Assembly: GCA_963205185.1 (NCBI GenBank)
Contig: CAUJHZ010000018.1
Coordinates: forward strand, 123,408 to 187,407
Origin: Planctomycetota bacterium
GTDB taxonomy: Bacteria > Planctomycetota > Phycisphaerae > Phycisphaerales > UBA5793
Direction: 5' to 3'
Length of the DNA: 64,000 bases
The notes beneath the pieces were generated by a model. It made no database searches. It had not been told where the DNA came from and saw only the letters and a program-made list of their open reading frames with translations. A program made the translations under genes and the position numbers. Below are positions 35,609 through 45,956 of this stretch, one piece after another; the stretch's first letter is position 1; each line of letters begins with the position of its first letter.

Positions 35609-36463
35609 CTACTGCGGCAACTGCACGACGTTGCTCGTCTCACACGGGCTGCCGATGACGATGATCTGCACGTAGCCGCCGCATTCCTCCGGCGGGACGC
35701 GAATGAACAATCGGCCCTGGCCTTCGGGTCCGGTGTCGAACGTTCGCACGAGTTGCAGATGATCGGTTCCGAGTCCGAGTTCGACGCCCCAGCAGGGTTC
35801 GAGAACGATGTACCGGCCACGATTGCGCGCGTAGCACACACCGGCCCACCGATCCGGCGCGCAGCGGTCCCACGTGAGCGCCAATCTGCCGGGGCAGAAG
35901 CCATCGACTTCGATGTGCGGCCGCGGATCTTCGTAGCACACCGTGCCGCTCCACATCTCATTCTCAAACGGCTCTCCCGAGAATGCCGGAAAGCGCATGC
36001 CGACGCCGGTCGTGAGTTTGAGATCATCGTTCTCGAACACCGTCGGCTCGCCACCCACCCAGCGAAGTTGCCGCACACCCACCGAGTAGGATGCCAGGTG
36101 GACGTAGATGCCGTACGTGCGTCCCTCGTAGACGATCAGGTCGCCGACATTGATGCTCGTGGGGTAGTCGCGGCCTTGCCCCTGGGTGGTGGCGCTGCCC
36201 AGCAGCGTCCATGCTGATGGGTCATTCTCGTAGCCAAGATAACCCCCCTCGCGCCAGTAAATCTCGACCGTGACGAGATCAGTCCCGGAGGTGTTGATCT
36301 GCCATCGCGTCAGATCGAGGTCTCGCTTGGGTTCGATGTCGAACATGTTGCCGGCCCAGCCGCTGTTGCTCTCGAACGACGTGGTCAGGCACCAGTGCTG
36401 CGCCAGCGCCGGCGAAGCGCAGCACAAAACGAGGACCAGAAATGCGGTCGCCTGGCGGATCAT
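35609..36463 (-). CDS. Hypothetical secreted protein: unknown ~170-aa N-terminal beta-rich domain plus Cys-rich C-terminal module
   Basis: GAAGGAGG lies 6 nt upstream of ATG 36463. Signal peptide ...CCASPALAQ. No family recognised for the N-terminal part. Confidence 0.72.
   Translation of the reverse strand: MIRQATAFLVLVLCCASPALAQHWCLTTSFESNSGWAGNMFDIEPKRDLDLTRWQINTSGTDLVTVEIYWREGGYLGYENDPSAWTLLGSATTQGQGRDYPTSINVGDLIVYEGRTYGIYVHLASYSVGVRQLRWVGGEPTVFENDDLKLTTGVGMRFPAFSGEPFENEMWSGTVCYEDPRPHIEVDGFCPGRLALTWDRCAPDRWAGVCYARNRGRYIVLEPCWGVELGLGTDHLQLVRTFDTGPEGQGRLFIRVPPEECGGYVQIIVIGSPCETSNVVQLPQ
35612..35914 (-). other. Recurrent C-terminal domain copy 8 (6-Cys type)
   Basis: Last 101 aa, IEVDGFCPGR...EPCWGVELGLG...ECGGYVQIIVIGSPCETSNVVQLPQ. 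Confidence 0.6.
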
Positions 36464-36609
36464 GGTGCGCCTCCTTCACCGGTTGTGTTTCGGATTTCCC
36501 TCTCTGAGAGAGGATACCAGATCGGCGGGGCGAGCAGGCGGGGAAACTCACCTGATCTGGAAATCTGGTTCTGCAACCTCCAGAATACCCCTGGCAGACT
36601 GATTCGCCG

Positions 36610-38361
36610 TCAGTTGCGAGCCGGCTGGTCCAGCGCGAGGTCGCTCGGCACGCCGAGGTATTCGAGGCAGCGATTCATGACCTGCGCCGCGACCGGGCCG
36701 CAGATGGCGCCGCCGAAGTGGCCCAGGCTCTTGTCGGGATCTTCGACGATGCAGAGCACGACCAGTCGCGGATTGTCGAGCGGGGCTCCGGCGATGAAAC
36801 TGATGACGTAGCGATCCTTGTAGTAGCCGCCGCCATTGGGCTTGGGCAGTTCAGCCGTGCCCGACTTGCCGAACATGCGGTAGTGCGCCACCTCATTGGC
36901 CTTGCGGCCGCTGCCGTCGGTCATCACTTTGCGCATGGTGCGGCGTGCGGTGAGGGCCGTGGATTCGAGCATCGGCTGCTGTGTGACGTAGGGCGTGATG
37001 GGCACGTTCTCGGCCGCGACGACGAACTGAATCGGCGGCATCGATCCATCGCGGCAGAACGCCGAAAAGGCGCGGACCATCTGCAGCGGGCTCACCGCGA
37101 TCTCGTGACCCATTGCGACGCTCGTCTGCGTGTACTTCGACCAATCGCCCGGCGAGGTGACCAATCCGGCTGTCTCGGCGGGCAGGCCGCCGCCGGTGGG
37201 CCGGCCGAAGCCGAAGTCGCTGACGCACTGCTGCAACTGCCGGTGCGTCAGGCGCATGGCGACCTGGGCCATGCCGATGTTGCTCGACTTGATCATCACG
37301 CCTTCCCACGAGAGTTCAGAGTAGGGATAGGCGTCGTGGATGACGCGGCCGAAGTCGGTGCGGTAGACTCCGTTGTGCGTGTTGAAGACTTCATCGAGTT
37401 CGACGAGACCCAACTCCGTCGCGCGGGCCCAGACGAACGACTTGAACGTTGAACCCGGTTCGTAAGGGTCGGTGAGGCAGCGCATGCGGCCCATGCTCAG
37501 ATCCTCTTTGCGCAGCGGATCTTCGGTGAACGGGCCGTAGCCGGGACGATCGCGGAGAATGTCCGTGATGGCCAGGATTTCGCCGCTGTGGGGATCAAAC
37601 ACGACGGCCCGGCCGCCCGCGGCGTTGACAGACTCGACGCCGGCGCGGATTTCCTCTTCCGCGATCCGCTGCATCTCGACGTCGATCGTCAGGCGCACCG
37701 CATGGCCGTCGCTGGCCGGCTCGTGGCCGTCCGCGTCCACCCACATCGCCCGCCGCCGCACGTCGCGCAGGTAGCGCAGCCTGCCGGGCGCGCCGGAAAG
37801 CGTGTCGTTGAAGATCGCTTCGGTGCCCGTCAGGCCGATGTGGCCCGTTCCGACTTTGCCGATGAGCGGCGCTGCAAGGTCGCCGTACGGCCGGTGGCGG
37901 ACGAGCACTGGTTCGAGGCCCACGCCCTTGAGATTCGCCGTCTCAATCGCCTCCACTTCCGCCTCGGTGAGCAGGTCGATGAGCACGGCATAGCGCTTGT
38001 CAAGCCGCTCGTTCACTTTGGCGTCCAGCGCCACCGGGTCGCGGCCGAGCAGTTGCGCGATGTCGATGCCGATGGTGTAGGGGTCGTTGACTTCCTGAGG
38101 ATCGACAAACAGCCGATAGCCGACGCAACTCGTGGCCAGCACGCGGCCGCGCCGGTCGAGCACATCGCCGCGGTTGGCCATCTCCGGCCGGATTGAACTC
38201 GTCGGCGGCGCGTGGTGCACGAGATTGCTGCTGGGCAGCATCTGCAATTGCGTGACCCGGCCCAATACTCCGGCGAACGCGAGGGTGAGGCAGGCGAGCA
38301 GCAGATTGAGCGCCAGGCCGAAGCGCCGCTGCTGCGTGTCGTGCACGTGATTCGTTGACAT
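36610..38361 (-). CDS. ftsI: Penicillin-binding protein 2/3 class (FtsI-like transpeptidase)
   Basis: N-terminal TM anchor and PBP dimerisation region. Transpeptidase motifs STFK (PGSTFKSF), SSN (KSSNIG), KSG (GKSGTA). ATG 38361. Confidence 0.9.
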   Translation of the reverse strand: MSTNHVHDTQQRRFGLALNLLLACLTLAFAGVLGRVTQLQMLPSSNLVHHAPPTSSIRPEMANRGDVLDRRGRVLATSCVGYRLFVDPQEVNDPYTIGIDIAQLLGRDPVALDAKVNERLDKRYAVLIDLLTEAEVEAIETANLKGVGLEPVLVRHRPYGDLAAPLIGKVGTGHIGLTGTEAIFNDTLSGAPGRLRYLRDVRRRAMWVDADGHEPASDGHAVRLTIDVEMQRIAEEEIRAGVESVNAAGGRAVVFDPHSGEILAITDILRDRPGYGPFTEDPLRKEDLSMGRMRCLTDPYEPGSTFKSFVWARATELGLVELDEVFNTHNGVYRTDFGRVIHDAYPYSELSWEGVMIKSSNIGMAQVAMRLTHRQLQQCVSDFGFGRPTGGGLPAETAGLVTSPGDWSKYTQTSVAMGHEIAVSPLQMVRAFSAFCRDGSMPPIQFVVAAENVPITPYVTQQPMLESTALTARRTMRKVMTDGSGRKANEVAHYRMFGKSGTAELPKPNGGGYYKDRYVISFIAGAPLDNPRLVVLCIVEDPDKSLGHFGGAICGPVAAQVMNRCLEYLGVPSDLALDQPARN

Positions 38362-38375
38362 TGGCTTGCGGCTCT

Positions 38376-38726
38376 TCAGGGGGTTTCGGCGATGCGCGGC
38401 GAAGCCTCCGGTCGTTGCGGATTCGCGCTTGCAAAGCGGTCGGCGTCGAGCTCGACGAGGTCGCACTCTTCAAGAAGCAGGGGCACGAGCGCCTCGCCCG
38501 TCTCGCTCTCGAGAGCCGTCGCGAGCGCGGCGACGCGGTCCTGCCGCAGACGTTCGTGAATGGCCACGCGCAGTTTCCACGAGCGCTGCTCGTGCGCCAG
38601 CAGGCGGCGGTGGGTGATGGACATCTGGTTCGCGGCGTCAATGCGATGCTGGCGGATGACCAGCAGCCCGCACGAGGCGCCGCCGGCGATGACCACGCAT
38701 GCGGCAAGTTTGGCGACGATTGCCAT
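38376..38726 (-). CDS. FtsL-like bitopic membrane protein (positional assignment)
   Basis: 116 aa with one N-terminal TM (AACVVIAGGASCGLLVI) followed by a helical segment. Occupies the ftsL slot immediately upstream of ftsI. No sequence-level identification. Confidence 0.5.
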   Translation of the reverse strand: MAIVAKLAACVVIAGGASCGLLVIRQHRIDAANQMSITHRRLLAHEQRSWKLRVAIHERLRQDRVAALATALESETGEALVPLLLEECDLVELDADRFASANPQRPEASPRIAETP

Positions 38727-38804
38727 TCGCCTTTACATCGTCCAGCGACTCGCCGCGCGATGAATGTGCGACGCGGCTTTTGCACGACGGCAACGTCCGT
38801 CGCG

Positions 38805-39674
38805 TTATCGCACGGGAATGCGGATCGTCCTGCCGATGGGCAGGACGTTTTCATTGGTGATCACGTCGCGGTTGAGCGCCAGGATCTCCTTGTAGCGGTG
38901 CCCCTTGCCCAGGTAGTGCGCCGCGAGATCCCACAGCCGGTCGTTCTCTTTGATCGTGTAGTTGATCGTCTTGACGGCAGGCGTGGATGGTTCGGAAGGT
39001 GGTTGGGTCGTGCGCTCCTGCGCAGATTCAGCGCGCCCGTTGAGCGCGCTGCGCGAAGGAATCCACAGCGTCATGCCCGTGCGGATTCGGCCATTGGACG
39101 GGACGATGTCGCCGTTGAACCGGGCGAGTTTCTCGTAGAGCGATCCGTCGCCGTAGAACTTCTTGCACAGGCCGTACAGGGTATCGCGATCGCGAACGGT
39201 ATAGGGCGCGGCATCGCCACGATCCGTCGGCTGGACCTGCGGTTCAGGAGCGGGCAGGGGCGGCGTGCCCATCTGGATTGGCTCGGGCCGGTCATCCTCG
39301 CGGCTGATCTGGCTGCCGAAGCCCGGCCCGACGAGACTCTCACCCTCGAATTGGCTGATACGGGCGATGGCGTCATCCTCGCCGCCGCGGTCCGCGTCAC
39401 TGGCATTCAAATCAGTGTTCATAGCGGTGGTGGGCGGATCGATGAGGATGGTGCGGCGATCGGCGCGCTGCGGCTCATCGTCCTGGGCGCTGCCGAACTG
39501 TCGATGCGTGGCCTGCCCGGCCGGGAGGTTGATGGTGGGGCCGTCGCCGGCGGGGGTGTCGAGCGTGGCCAGCCGATCCTGCTGTGCCGGCGAGAGGTGG
39601 TCGGCGAGCAGCACCGCCACCACGAGAAGGAGACTGAATCCAACGATCAATGCCAGTTTATTTTCGCGTGTCAT
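38805..39674 (-). CDS. Membrane-anchored protein with two C-terminal LysM domains
   Basis: ATG 39674 (MTRENKLALIVGFSLLLVVAVLL). LysM repeats YTVRDRDTLYGLCKKFYGD...GMTLWIP and YTIKENDRLWDLAAHYLGK...GRTIRIP. Confidence 0.8.
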   Translation of the reverse strand: MTRENKLALIVGFSLLLVVAVLLADHLSPAQQDRLATLDTPAGDGPTINLPAGQATHRQFGSAQDDEPQRADRRTILIDPPTTAMNTDLNASDADRGGEDDAIARISQFEGESLVGPGFGSQISREDDRPEPIQMGTPPLPAPEPQVQPTDRGDAAPYTVRDRDTLYGLCKKFYGDGSLYEKLARFNGDIVPSNGRIRTGMTLWIPSRSALNGRAESAQERTTQPPSEPSTPAVKTINYTIKENDRLWDLAAHYLGKGHRYKEILALNRDVITNENVLPIGRTIRIPVR

Positions 39675-39776
39675 GTGCGCTGAGCCAACTCCATGCCGAG
39701 CGTCTTGCGTCGTCGTGGATTCCTTCCGCGTGATTCCCCGGAGCACTCCGAACCGGGCTGACGTGCCGTCCATCCA

Positions 39777-40751
39777 TCAGGGCATCGGGGCGATACGAAT
39801 GGCTCGCAGTTTAGCCGACCTGGCTCGAGGATTCAGATCCGTTTCCTCCTCGGTGGCGATGATCGGTTTGCGGGTGATTCGTTCCGCGGCGCCGCGTTTG
39901 ACCAGCGCCGCCATTCGATGCTTGATGATGCGATCCTCCAGTGAATGAAAGCTGATGAACGCGAGACGGGCTCCGGCGCCAAGCCACCCGCCGCCGGTGC
40001 GGGCCGCGCCGATGGTGCGCTCCAGTTCATCCCACAGCGATTCGAGGCGGCCGAGTTCATCGTTCACGGCAATCCGCAGGGCCATGAACGTCTTCGTCGC
40101 CGGGTGCATTCGGGATTGCCGGGCACGCGGCCCGTACGCCTTGCGCACCACTTCGGCAAGGTGCAACGTGTTTTCTATCGGATGGTCGACTCGAATCGCG
40201 ACAATCTCGCGGGCGATTTTTCGCGACAGCGGCTCCTCGCCGTAGCGGTAGATCAGGTCCGCCAGTTCACGCTCCGAGGCCCGGTTGACCAGATCGGCGG
40301 CGGTGACGGCGGCGGTTGGATCGAGACGCATGTCCAGCGGTCCATCGCTGCGGAACGAGAACCCCCGGGCTGGATCGTCCATCTGGTTGGAGGCAAATCC
40401 GAGGTCGGCCAGAACCATGTCGGCCTGGCGGCCCGTTGTTTGCAGGATGGCCGGGGCATCGACGAAACTCGTTTGGTGGGTTTCGACCGGGCAACCGGTC
40501 GAGCGGATTCGATCCCGCGCGACGGCGGCGTTTTCCGGATCCAGATCGAAGCCGACGACGCGGCCGGAAGGGCCCAGGATTCTCGCTATCGCTTCGCTGT
40601 GTCCGCCCCGCCCGATGGTGAGATCCACGAGCGTCTCACCCGGCTGCGGGACCAGCACCTGCAGCACCTCACGGAGAAGAACGGGCACATGATTGACGCG
40701 GTCCTCGGACACGGACGCATGATAGGAATGCAGAGTTTGCGCCCGCAGCAC
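39777..40751 (-). CDS. rsmH: 16S rRNA (cytosine1402-N4)-methyltransferase
   Basis: HVPVLLREVL...LVDLTIGRGGHSEAI...DLGFASNQMD...ISFHSLEDRIIK blocks. GTG start at 40751 is uncertain (alternative GTG near 40712). Confidence 0.9.
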   Translation of the reverse strand: MLRAQTLHSYHASVSEDRVNHVPVLLREVLQVLVPQPGETLVDLTIGRGGHSEAIARILGPSGRVVGFDLDPENAAVARDRIRSTGCPVETHQTSFVDAPAILQTTGRQADMVLADLGFASNQMDDPARGFSFRSDGPLDMRLDPTAAVTAADLVNRASERELADLIYRYGEEPLSRKIAREIVAIRVDHPIENTLHLAEVVRKAYGPRARQSRMHPATKTFMALRIAVNDELGRLESLWDELERTIGAARTGGGWLGAGARLAFISFHSLEDRIIKHRMAALVKRGAAERITRKPIIATEEETDLNPRARSAKLRAIRIAPMP

Positions 40752-40755
40752 GCCC

Positions 40756-42210
40756 TCAGGCGAGAATGTCGCGCACGACTTTGCCGTGAACGTCGGTCAG
40801 GCGGAAGTCGCGACCCTGGAAGCGGTGGGTGAGGCGTTCGTGGTCGATGCCCATGCAGCGCAGGATGGTCGCGTTGAGGTCGTGGACGTGGACCGGATTT
40901 TCCGTGATGTTGTAGGAGAAGTCGTCGGTCGTGCCGTAGGTCAGCCCCGCCTTGATGCCGCCGCCGGCCATCCAGATGGTGAAGCAGCGGGGATGATGGT
41001 CGCGGCCGTAGTTTGATTTGCTGAGTTCGCCCTGGCAGTAGATGGTGCGGCCGAATTCGCCGCCCCAGATGACGAGCGTGTCATCGAGCATGCCGCGCCG
41101 CTTGAGATCCTTCACGAGTGCGGCGGAAGCCTGATCGACGTCCTTGCACTGGAGCCGGATGTCGCGCGGCAGGTTGTCGTGCTGATCCCAGCCGCGGTGG
41201 TACAACTGGATGAAGCGCACGCCGCGCTCGGCCATGCGGCGGGCGAGCACGCAGTTGGCGGCGTAGGTGCCGGGCGTGCGGGCGTCTTTCCCGTAGAGCT
41301 GGAACGTCTCGTCGGGTTCGTCGGAGAGGTCTGTGAGTTCCGGCGTCGAGGTCTGCATGCGGTATGCAAGTTCGGCGGCGGCTATGCGCGCGAGCGTTTC
41401 GGGATCGCCAAACTCATCGTGCTGCTTGAGATTGAGTCTGGCGAGGGCATCGAGCATGGAGCGGCGCGACTGCCCGTCGATGCCCGGCGGGTTGCTCAGG
41501 TAGAGAACCGGATCGCCGCTCGAGCGGAACTGCACGCCCTGGTGCTCGGAAGGCAGGAACCCGGTGCCCCAGAGTCGCGAGAAGAGCGCCTGCGACGGCC
41601 GCACCGCGCTCCCTTCGGAAATCAGCACGATGAAGGCGGGGAGGTTGTGATTCTCCGTGCCAAGGCCGTAGCTGAGCCACGCGCCGAGGCTCGGCCGGCC
41701 GGGCTGTTGGGCGCCGGTCTGAATGAAAGTGATGGCGGGGTCGTGGTTAATGGCTTCGGTGTGCAGCGTGCGGATGACGGTGATGTCGTCGACGATCGAC
41801 GCCATGTGGGGGATGAGTTCGCTGGCGATCGTGCCCGACTGGCCGTGCTTGCCGAACTTGAACATCGTCGGTGCGACGGGAAAGCGCGACTGGCCGGACG
41901 TCATGGTCGTGATGCGCTGACCCATGCGCACCGAGTCGGGCAGATCGGCGTCGAAGAGTTCGGCCATTCTGGGCTTGTAATCGAAGAGATCGAGTTGCGA
42001 CGGAGCGCCGGACTGGAAGAGGTAGATGATGCGCTTGGCGGTGGGGGCAAAGTGCGGCGCGCCAAGCGTGCCGCCCGCGCCGCCGGGCGTCTGGGCGAGC
42101 AGTCGCGGATTGAGCAGGTACGCCAGCGCGATTCCCCCGATGCCCGACGCGGCGCGGCCGAAGAACTGCCGGCGGTTGATCATCAGCAATTGTTCGTGTC
42201 GCGGGTCCAT
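40756..42210 (-). CDS. DUF1501 domain protein (sulfatase/alkaline-phosphatase-like, Tat-exported)
   Basis: Twin-arginine signal [19 protein letters not shown]. Full-length DUF1501 pattern. ATG 42210 lies 8 nt after the upstream stop (TTG 42222 in the ORF track). Confidence 0.9.
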   Translation of the reverse strand: MDPRHEQLLMINRRQFFGRAASGIGGIALAYLLNPRLLAQTPGGAGGTLGAPHFAPTAKRIIYLFQSGAPSQLDLFDYKPRMAELFDADLPDSVRMGQRITTMTSGQSRFPVAPTMFKFGKHGQSGTIASELIPHMASIVDDITVIRTLHTEAINHDPAITFIQTGAQQPGRPSLGAWLSYGLGTENHNLPAFIVLISEGSAVRPSQALFSRLWGTGFLPSEHQGVQFRSSGDPVLYLSNPPGIDGQSRRSMLDALARLNLKQHDEFGDPETLARIAAAELAYRMQTSTPELTDLSDEPDETFQLYGKDARTPGTYAANCVLARRMAERGVRFIQLYHRGWDQHDNLPRDIRLQCKDVDQASAALVKDLKRRGMLDDTLVIWGGEFGRTIYCQGELSKSNYGRDHHPRCFTIWMAGGGIKAGLTYGTTDDFSYNITENPVHVHDLNATILRCMGIDHERLTHRFQGRDFRLTDVHGKVVRDILA

Positions 42211-42218
42211 GTGCGGTC

Positions 42219-45200
42219 TCAACCCTTGGTAATGGCTTCGTCGAGCGAAAGCAGAATGTTGGCCACGGTGGTCCAGGCGGCGAGTTGCGACTGGTCGAGA
42301 CTGGAATCGATCATGGCGTCACCGACGCCGAGCAGCGCGGCTGCTTTTGCGGGTTCGGCGATGAAGACGCTCAGCTGTGCTTCGAAGGCTTCCGTGAGCG
42401 TGGCGATCTCTTCGGGACCGGCCGGCCGCGCCGTCACCAGCCGGAACGCCCAGGCGATGCGTTGGGCGTTGGAATCGCCTCCTTCGGTCATGATGCGCTG
42501 GGCGAACACGCGAGACGCCTCGACGAACTGCGGATCGTTCATCAACGCGAGCATCTGCAGCGGCGTGTTGGTCCGCGCGCGGCGAACGGCGCAGGATTCG
42601 CGCGTCGGCGCGTCAAACGCGGCCAGGTTTGGTGGGGGCTGGGTCCGCTTCCAGAAGGTGTAGAGGCTGCGGCGGTACTGCGCCTGCCCGTCATCCTTCT
42701 TAAAGGAACGGGTGTCACTGTCCGGATAAGCCACGGCCTCCCATAACCCATCAGGCTGATAGGGCTTGACGCTCGGGCCCCCGAGTTGCTCGACGAGCAG
42801 GCCGCTGGCGTCGAGGGCGAAGTCCCGGATCATCTCGGCATCCATGCGAAAACGCGGCCCGCGGCTGTAGAGATGATTGCGCGGATCAGCGGCCAGCCGC
42901 TCGGGCGTGATGCGCGAACTCTGCCGATACGTGGCGCTGGTCACCATCAGCCGCATCATGTGCTTGACATCCCAGCCGGACTCCACGAATTCGACGGCGA
43001 GCCAGTCGAGCAGTTCCGGGTGAGTGGGGGGTGAGCCCTGAGAGCCGAAGTCTTCGCTCGTCTGCACGAGCCCTTCGCCAAAGAGCCGCTGCCAGAGGCG
43101 ATTGACGGTGACGCGGGCTGTGAGCGGGTGCTGCGGGCTCACCAGCCATCGGGCCAGCGCCAGGCGATCTGCCGGTGCATCGGCGGGCAGAGGAGGCAGG
43201 CACGCGGGCACGCCAGGCTCGACCGCCTCCTTCGGCTGGTCGTAGTTGCCGCGGTTGAGTACGTGCGCCGCGCGCCGCTCCATGCGCTCTTTCATGATCA
43301 GCGTCGTTGGGATCGTCGCCTCGAACGCGGTGAGTTCAGCCCGGACGGCATCGAGTTCTTCGAACAAAGCCTGACTCGCCGGCGAATACTGCTTCCGGAA
43401 AATGGTGCGTACGCCCTGCGCCTGCTGCGGCGTGCGCTGCGCCGGCTCGATCGCCAGCGTCTGAAGTGCGAGCGTTGCGGCAAACTCGTCCTCGCCGTCG
43501 AGGAGTTTGAAGTAGAACGCAAAGCCGCCGGCGAAATCGACCACCTTGAGCAGGATCTGATTGACCCCAGGCTCGAGCTGCACTTCCACGCGATCCTGAT
43601 CCGGAGCCGGCGCGCGGGGCATGAGTTGCTCGAACACTTTCTTGCCGTTCACCCAGAGAACGCAGGCATCATCACTGCCAAGGGAGATGGTGACGGTGCG
43701 AGCGGCAGGGGAGTTTATCGTGCGATAGAGATACGTCGCAGCGTAATCAACCTGGGCCAGATCGTGCAGCTCCCCGTCGGTGTACTCGGGCCTTTCGATC
43801 CACTGGATGACGCCGTTGCCGGACGTGCCGCTGAGGCTGATGGCTGCGGGGTCGAGTTCGGGTTCGAACACCGCGGCGACGGCGGCCTCCTGCGTGGGCT
43901 GATCGGCCTGGAAAGGCCCGGCTTCATGCCAGTTCGACAGCGTCGGCTCGTCGAGGCGCTCGGCGAGAGCCGCAGAGTTGCTCAGCGCGAGGCGGACGCG
44001 GCCGATCGCGTGTTGAGCGAAGCCGGTCTCGTGCCGAAGAATGAACCGAAGTTCGGTGCCACCTTCGTAGCCGAAGGGCTGCTCGGCGATGAACACTGCC
44101 GTGCGATCTTCGCGGCGCTCGTAGCCGGCCACGGCCCAGCCGGAGTTGTCATCGGTGACGCCGTCGATGGCCTTTTCAATCGGAAAGCCACCTTGCAGTT
44201 GTGAGTAGTCAGCCAGGGCCCGGCGGAACTTCACCGGCCGGGACTGTGTCGGATCGCGCTTCGACACTGCGACGAGTTCAAGCTCACTGAGCACAAAGTT
44301 GGCGTTCTCCGCGCGGCCGGGACCGCCAAATGGCAGCGAGGGATGCGTGAGCGCTTCGAGCCGCACGAGTCGGACGTCCGTCAGGTCGGTTTCGCCGATG
44401 AGGATGTAGTCATCCGTGGCGGGGTTGGCGCCGCCCGCGAGGATCGAACCGTCGTCCAGAGCCGTCAGCGTGCTCCCGCCCGTTGATATCGTCTGCGCCG
44501 GCGTCCACGCCCGCCACCAGGCGACCACCTGCGGGCGCAGCGTCGACTCCCACTGAGCCTGCGCGGCATCGATTTCGGGATCGGGCGCGGCGACTTTCTT
44601 CTCCAGCGCTGCGACTCTCTCGGCCAACTCGCCAAGTCGGGCCTGCTGCCCGGGAGTCGGCGCCTTGACGACCGGAGCCGGGTCCTTCTGGTTGCCGTCC
44701 AATCCCGTCTCATCCACGTTGTTGAAGAACGCAAAAAGCTGGTAGAACTCCTTCTGCGAGATCGGGTCAAACTTGTGATCGTGGCATGCGGCGCAACCGG
44801 CCGTGAGGCCCATCCAGACGGTGGATGTGGTCTCCACGCGGTCGATGGCGTAATGCACGAGATACTCTTCGGCAATCGCTCCGCCCTCGCTCGTCGTCAC
44901 GTGGTTGCGGTTGAACCCGGTGGCGATAAGCTGATCGAGCGTCGGGTCGGGGAGCAGATCGCCGGCGAGCTGTTCGACGGTGAACTCGTCAAAGGGCATG
45001 TTCGCGTTGAACGCATTGATGACCCAGTCGCGCCAGCGCCACATCTCGCGGTAGTTGTCCAGGTGCAGGCCGTGCGTGTCGCCGTAGCGCGCTGCGTCGA
45101 GCCAGTAGCGCGCCATGTGCTCGCCGTAACGCGGCGAGGCGAGCAATCGATCGACGGCGTGCTCATAAGCGTCGGTTGAGTCATCGGCGAGAAAGGCGTC

Positions 45201-45905
45201 GAGTTCCGCCAGCGTCGGCGGCAGTCCCGTGAGATCGAGCGTCACCCGCCGAAGCAGGCGCGCCCGGTCCGCCTCCGGTGACGGCGCAAGCCCCGCCGCG
45301 TCGAGCCGATGCGTGATGAACGTGTCGATGGAGTTGTGCGGCCAGTCTTCACGACTCACCGCCGGAAGCTGCGGCCGCACCGGAGCTGCGAAGGACCAGT
45401 GCTGCTCATATCGGCCGCCCTGCTCGATCCATCTGCGGACGAATTCGATCTGGGCCGGCGTGAGCGACTTGCCGAACTCGGCCGGCGGCATGCGGTCGTC
45501 TGGATCGGCGGCCGTGATGCGCGCGTACATCTCGCTCCGCTCGGGGTGGCCGGGTACGACCGCCACCTTGCCGTCTCTGGCCGGCGTGATCGGTCCGGAG
45601 GGGATGTCCAGACGCAGGCCCGCCTTCCGCGCTTGGCCGTCCGGGCCATGACAGGCGTAGCAGTTGTTGGAAATGATCGGGCGGATGTCACGGTTGAAGT
45701 CAATGCGCTCCGCGAGGCGGGCGGGATCGGCGCCGTCGCCATCGACCAGAATCGTCGAGGGAGCGGCGCTGCCCGTTGGGAACGCGATGGCGCCAAGCGC
45801 CGCCATGGCCATGGCGGCGATGGCCAGCAATTGCCGGGCGGCCTGAAGCGAGCGCCTTTGGTGCCGGTGAGCCATGCGCCACAGTGTACCCGATCTCAAG
45901 TGCAT
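42219..45905 (-). CDS. PSCyt (planctomycete cytochrome c) / DUF1549 / DUF1553 domain protein
   Basis: 1228-aa ORF. Heme-binding CYACHGPD in the PSCyt context ([15 protein letters not shown]...RKAGLRLD). DUF1549 block (WSFAAPVRP...IDTFI) and C-terminal DUF1553 block. Alternative ATG 45875. Confidence 0.9.
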   Translation of the reverse strand: MHLRSGTLWRMAHRHQRRSLQAARQLLAIAAMAMAALGAIAFPTGSAAPSTILVDGDGADPARLAERIDFNRDIRPIISNNCYACHGPDGQARKAGLRLDIPSGPITPARDGKVAVVPGHPERSEMYARITAADPDDRMPPAEFGKSLTPAQIEFVRRWIEQGGRYEQHWSFAAPVRPQLPAVSREDWPHNSIDTFITHRLDAAGLAPSPEADRARLLRRVTLDLTGLPPTLAELDAFLADDSTDAYEHAVDRLLASPRYGEHMARYWLDAARYGDTHGLHLDNYREMWRWRDWVINAFNANMPFDEFTVEQLAGDLLPDPTLDQLIATGFNRNHVTTSEGGAIAEEYLVHYAIDRVETTSTVWMGLTAGCAACHDHKFDPISQKEFYQLFAFFNNVDETGLDGNQKDPAPVVKAPTPGQQARLGELAERVAALEKKVAAPDPEIDAAQAQWESTLRPQVVAWWRAWTPAQTISTGGSTLTALDDGSILAGGANPATDDYILIGETDLTDVRLVRLEALTHPSLPFGGPGRAENANFVLSELELVAVSKRDPTQSRPVKFRRALADYSQLQGGFPIEKAIDGVTDDNSGWAVAGYERREDRTAVFIAEQPFGYEGGTELRFILRHETGFAQHAIGRVRLALSNSAALAERLDEPTLSNWHEAGPFQADQPTQEAAVAAVFEPELDPAAISLSGTSGNGVIQWIERPEYTDGELHDLAQVDYAATYLYRTINSPAARTVTISLGSDDACVLWVNGKKVFEQLMPRAPAPDQDRVEVQLEPGVNQILLKVVDFAGGFAFYFKLLDGEDEFAATLALQTLAIEPAQRTPQQAQGVRTIFRKQYSPASQALFEELDAVRAELTAFEATIPTTLIMKERMERRAAHVLNRGNYDQPKEAVEPGVPACLPPLPADAPADRLALARWLVSPQHPLTARVTVNRLWQRLFGEGLVQTSEDFGSQGSPPTHPELLDWLAVEFVESGWDVKHMMRLMVTSATYRQSSRITPERLAADPRNHLYSRGPRFRMDAEMIRDFALDASGLLVEQLGGPSVKPYQPDGLWEAVAYPDSDTRSFKKDDGQAQYRRSLYTFWKRTQPPPNLAAFDAPTRESCAVRRARTNTPLQMLALMNDPQFVEASRVFAQRIMTEGGDSNAQRIAWAFRLVTARPAGPEEIATLTEAFEAQLSVFIAEPAKAAALLGVGDAMIDSSLDQSQLAAWTTVANILLSLDEAITKG

Positions 45906-45956
45906 TGCAGCCTCGAAGCCGCCGGTTTCGTTGTCAATGATGCAGAAATCCCGCGC

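Noticed and set aside
41179-42663. 494-aa plus-strand ORF
   Set aside because: Antisense to DUF1501 and the 3' end of the DUF1553 gene, both of which have clear family signatures. Low-complexity Ala/Arg/Gly composition.
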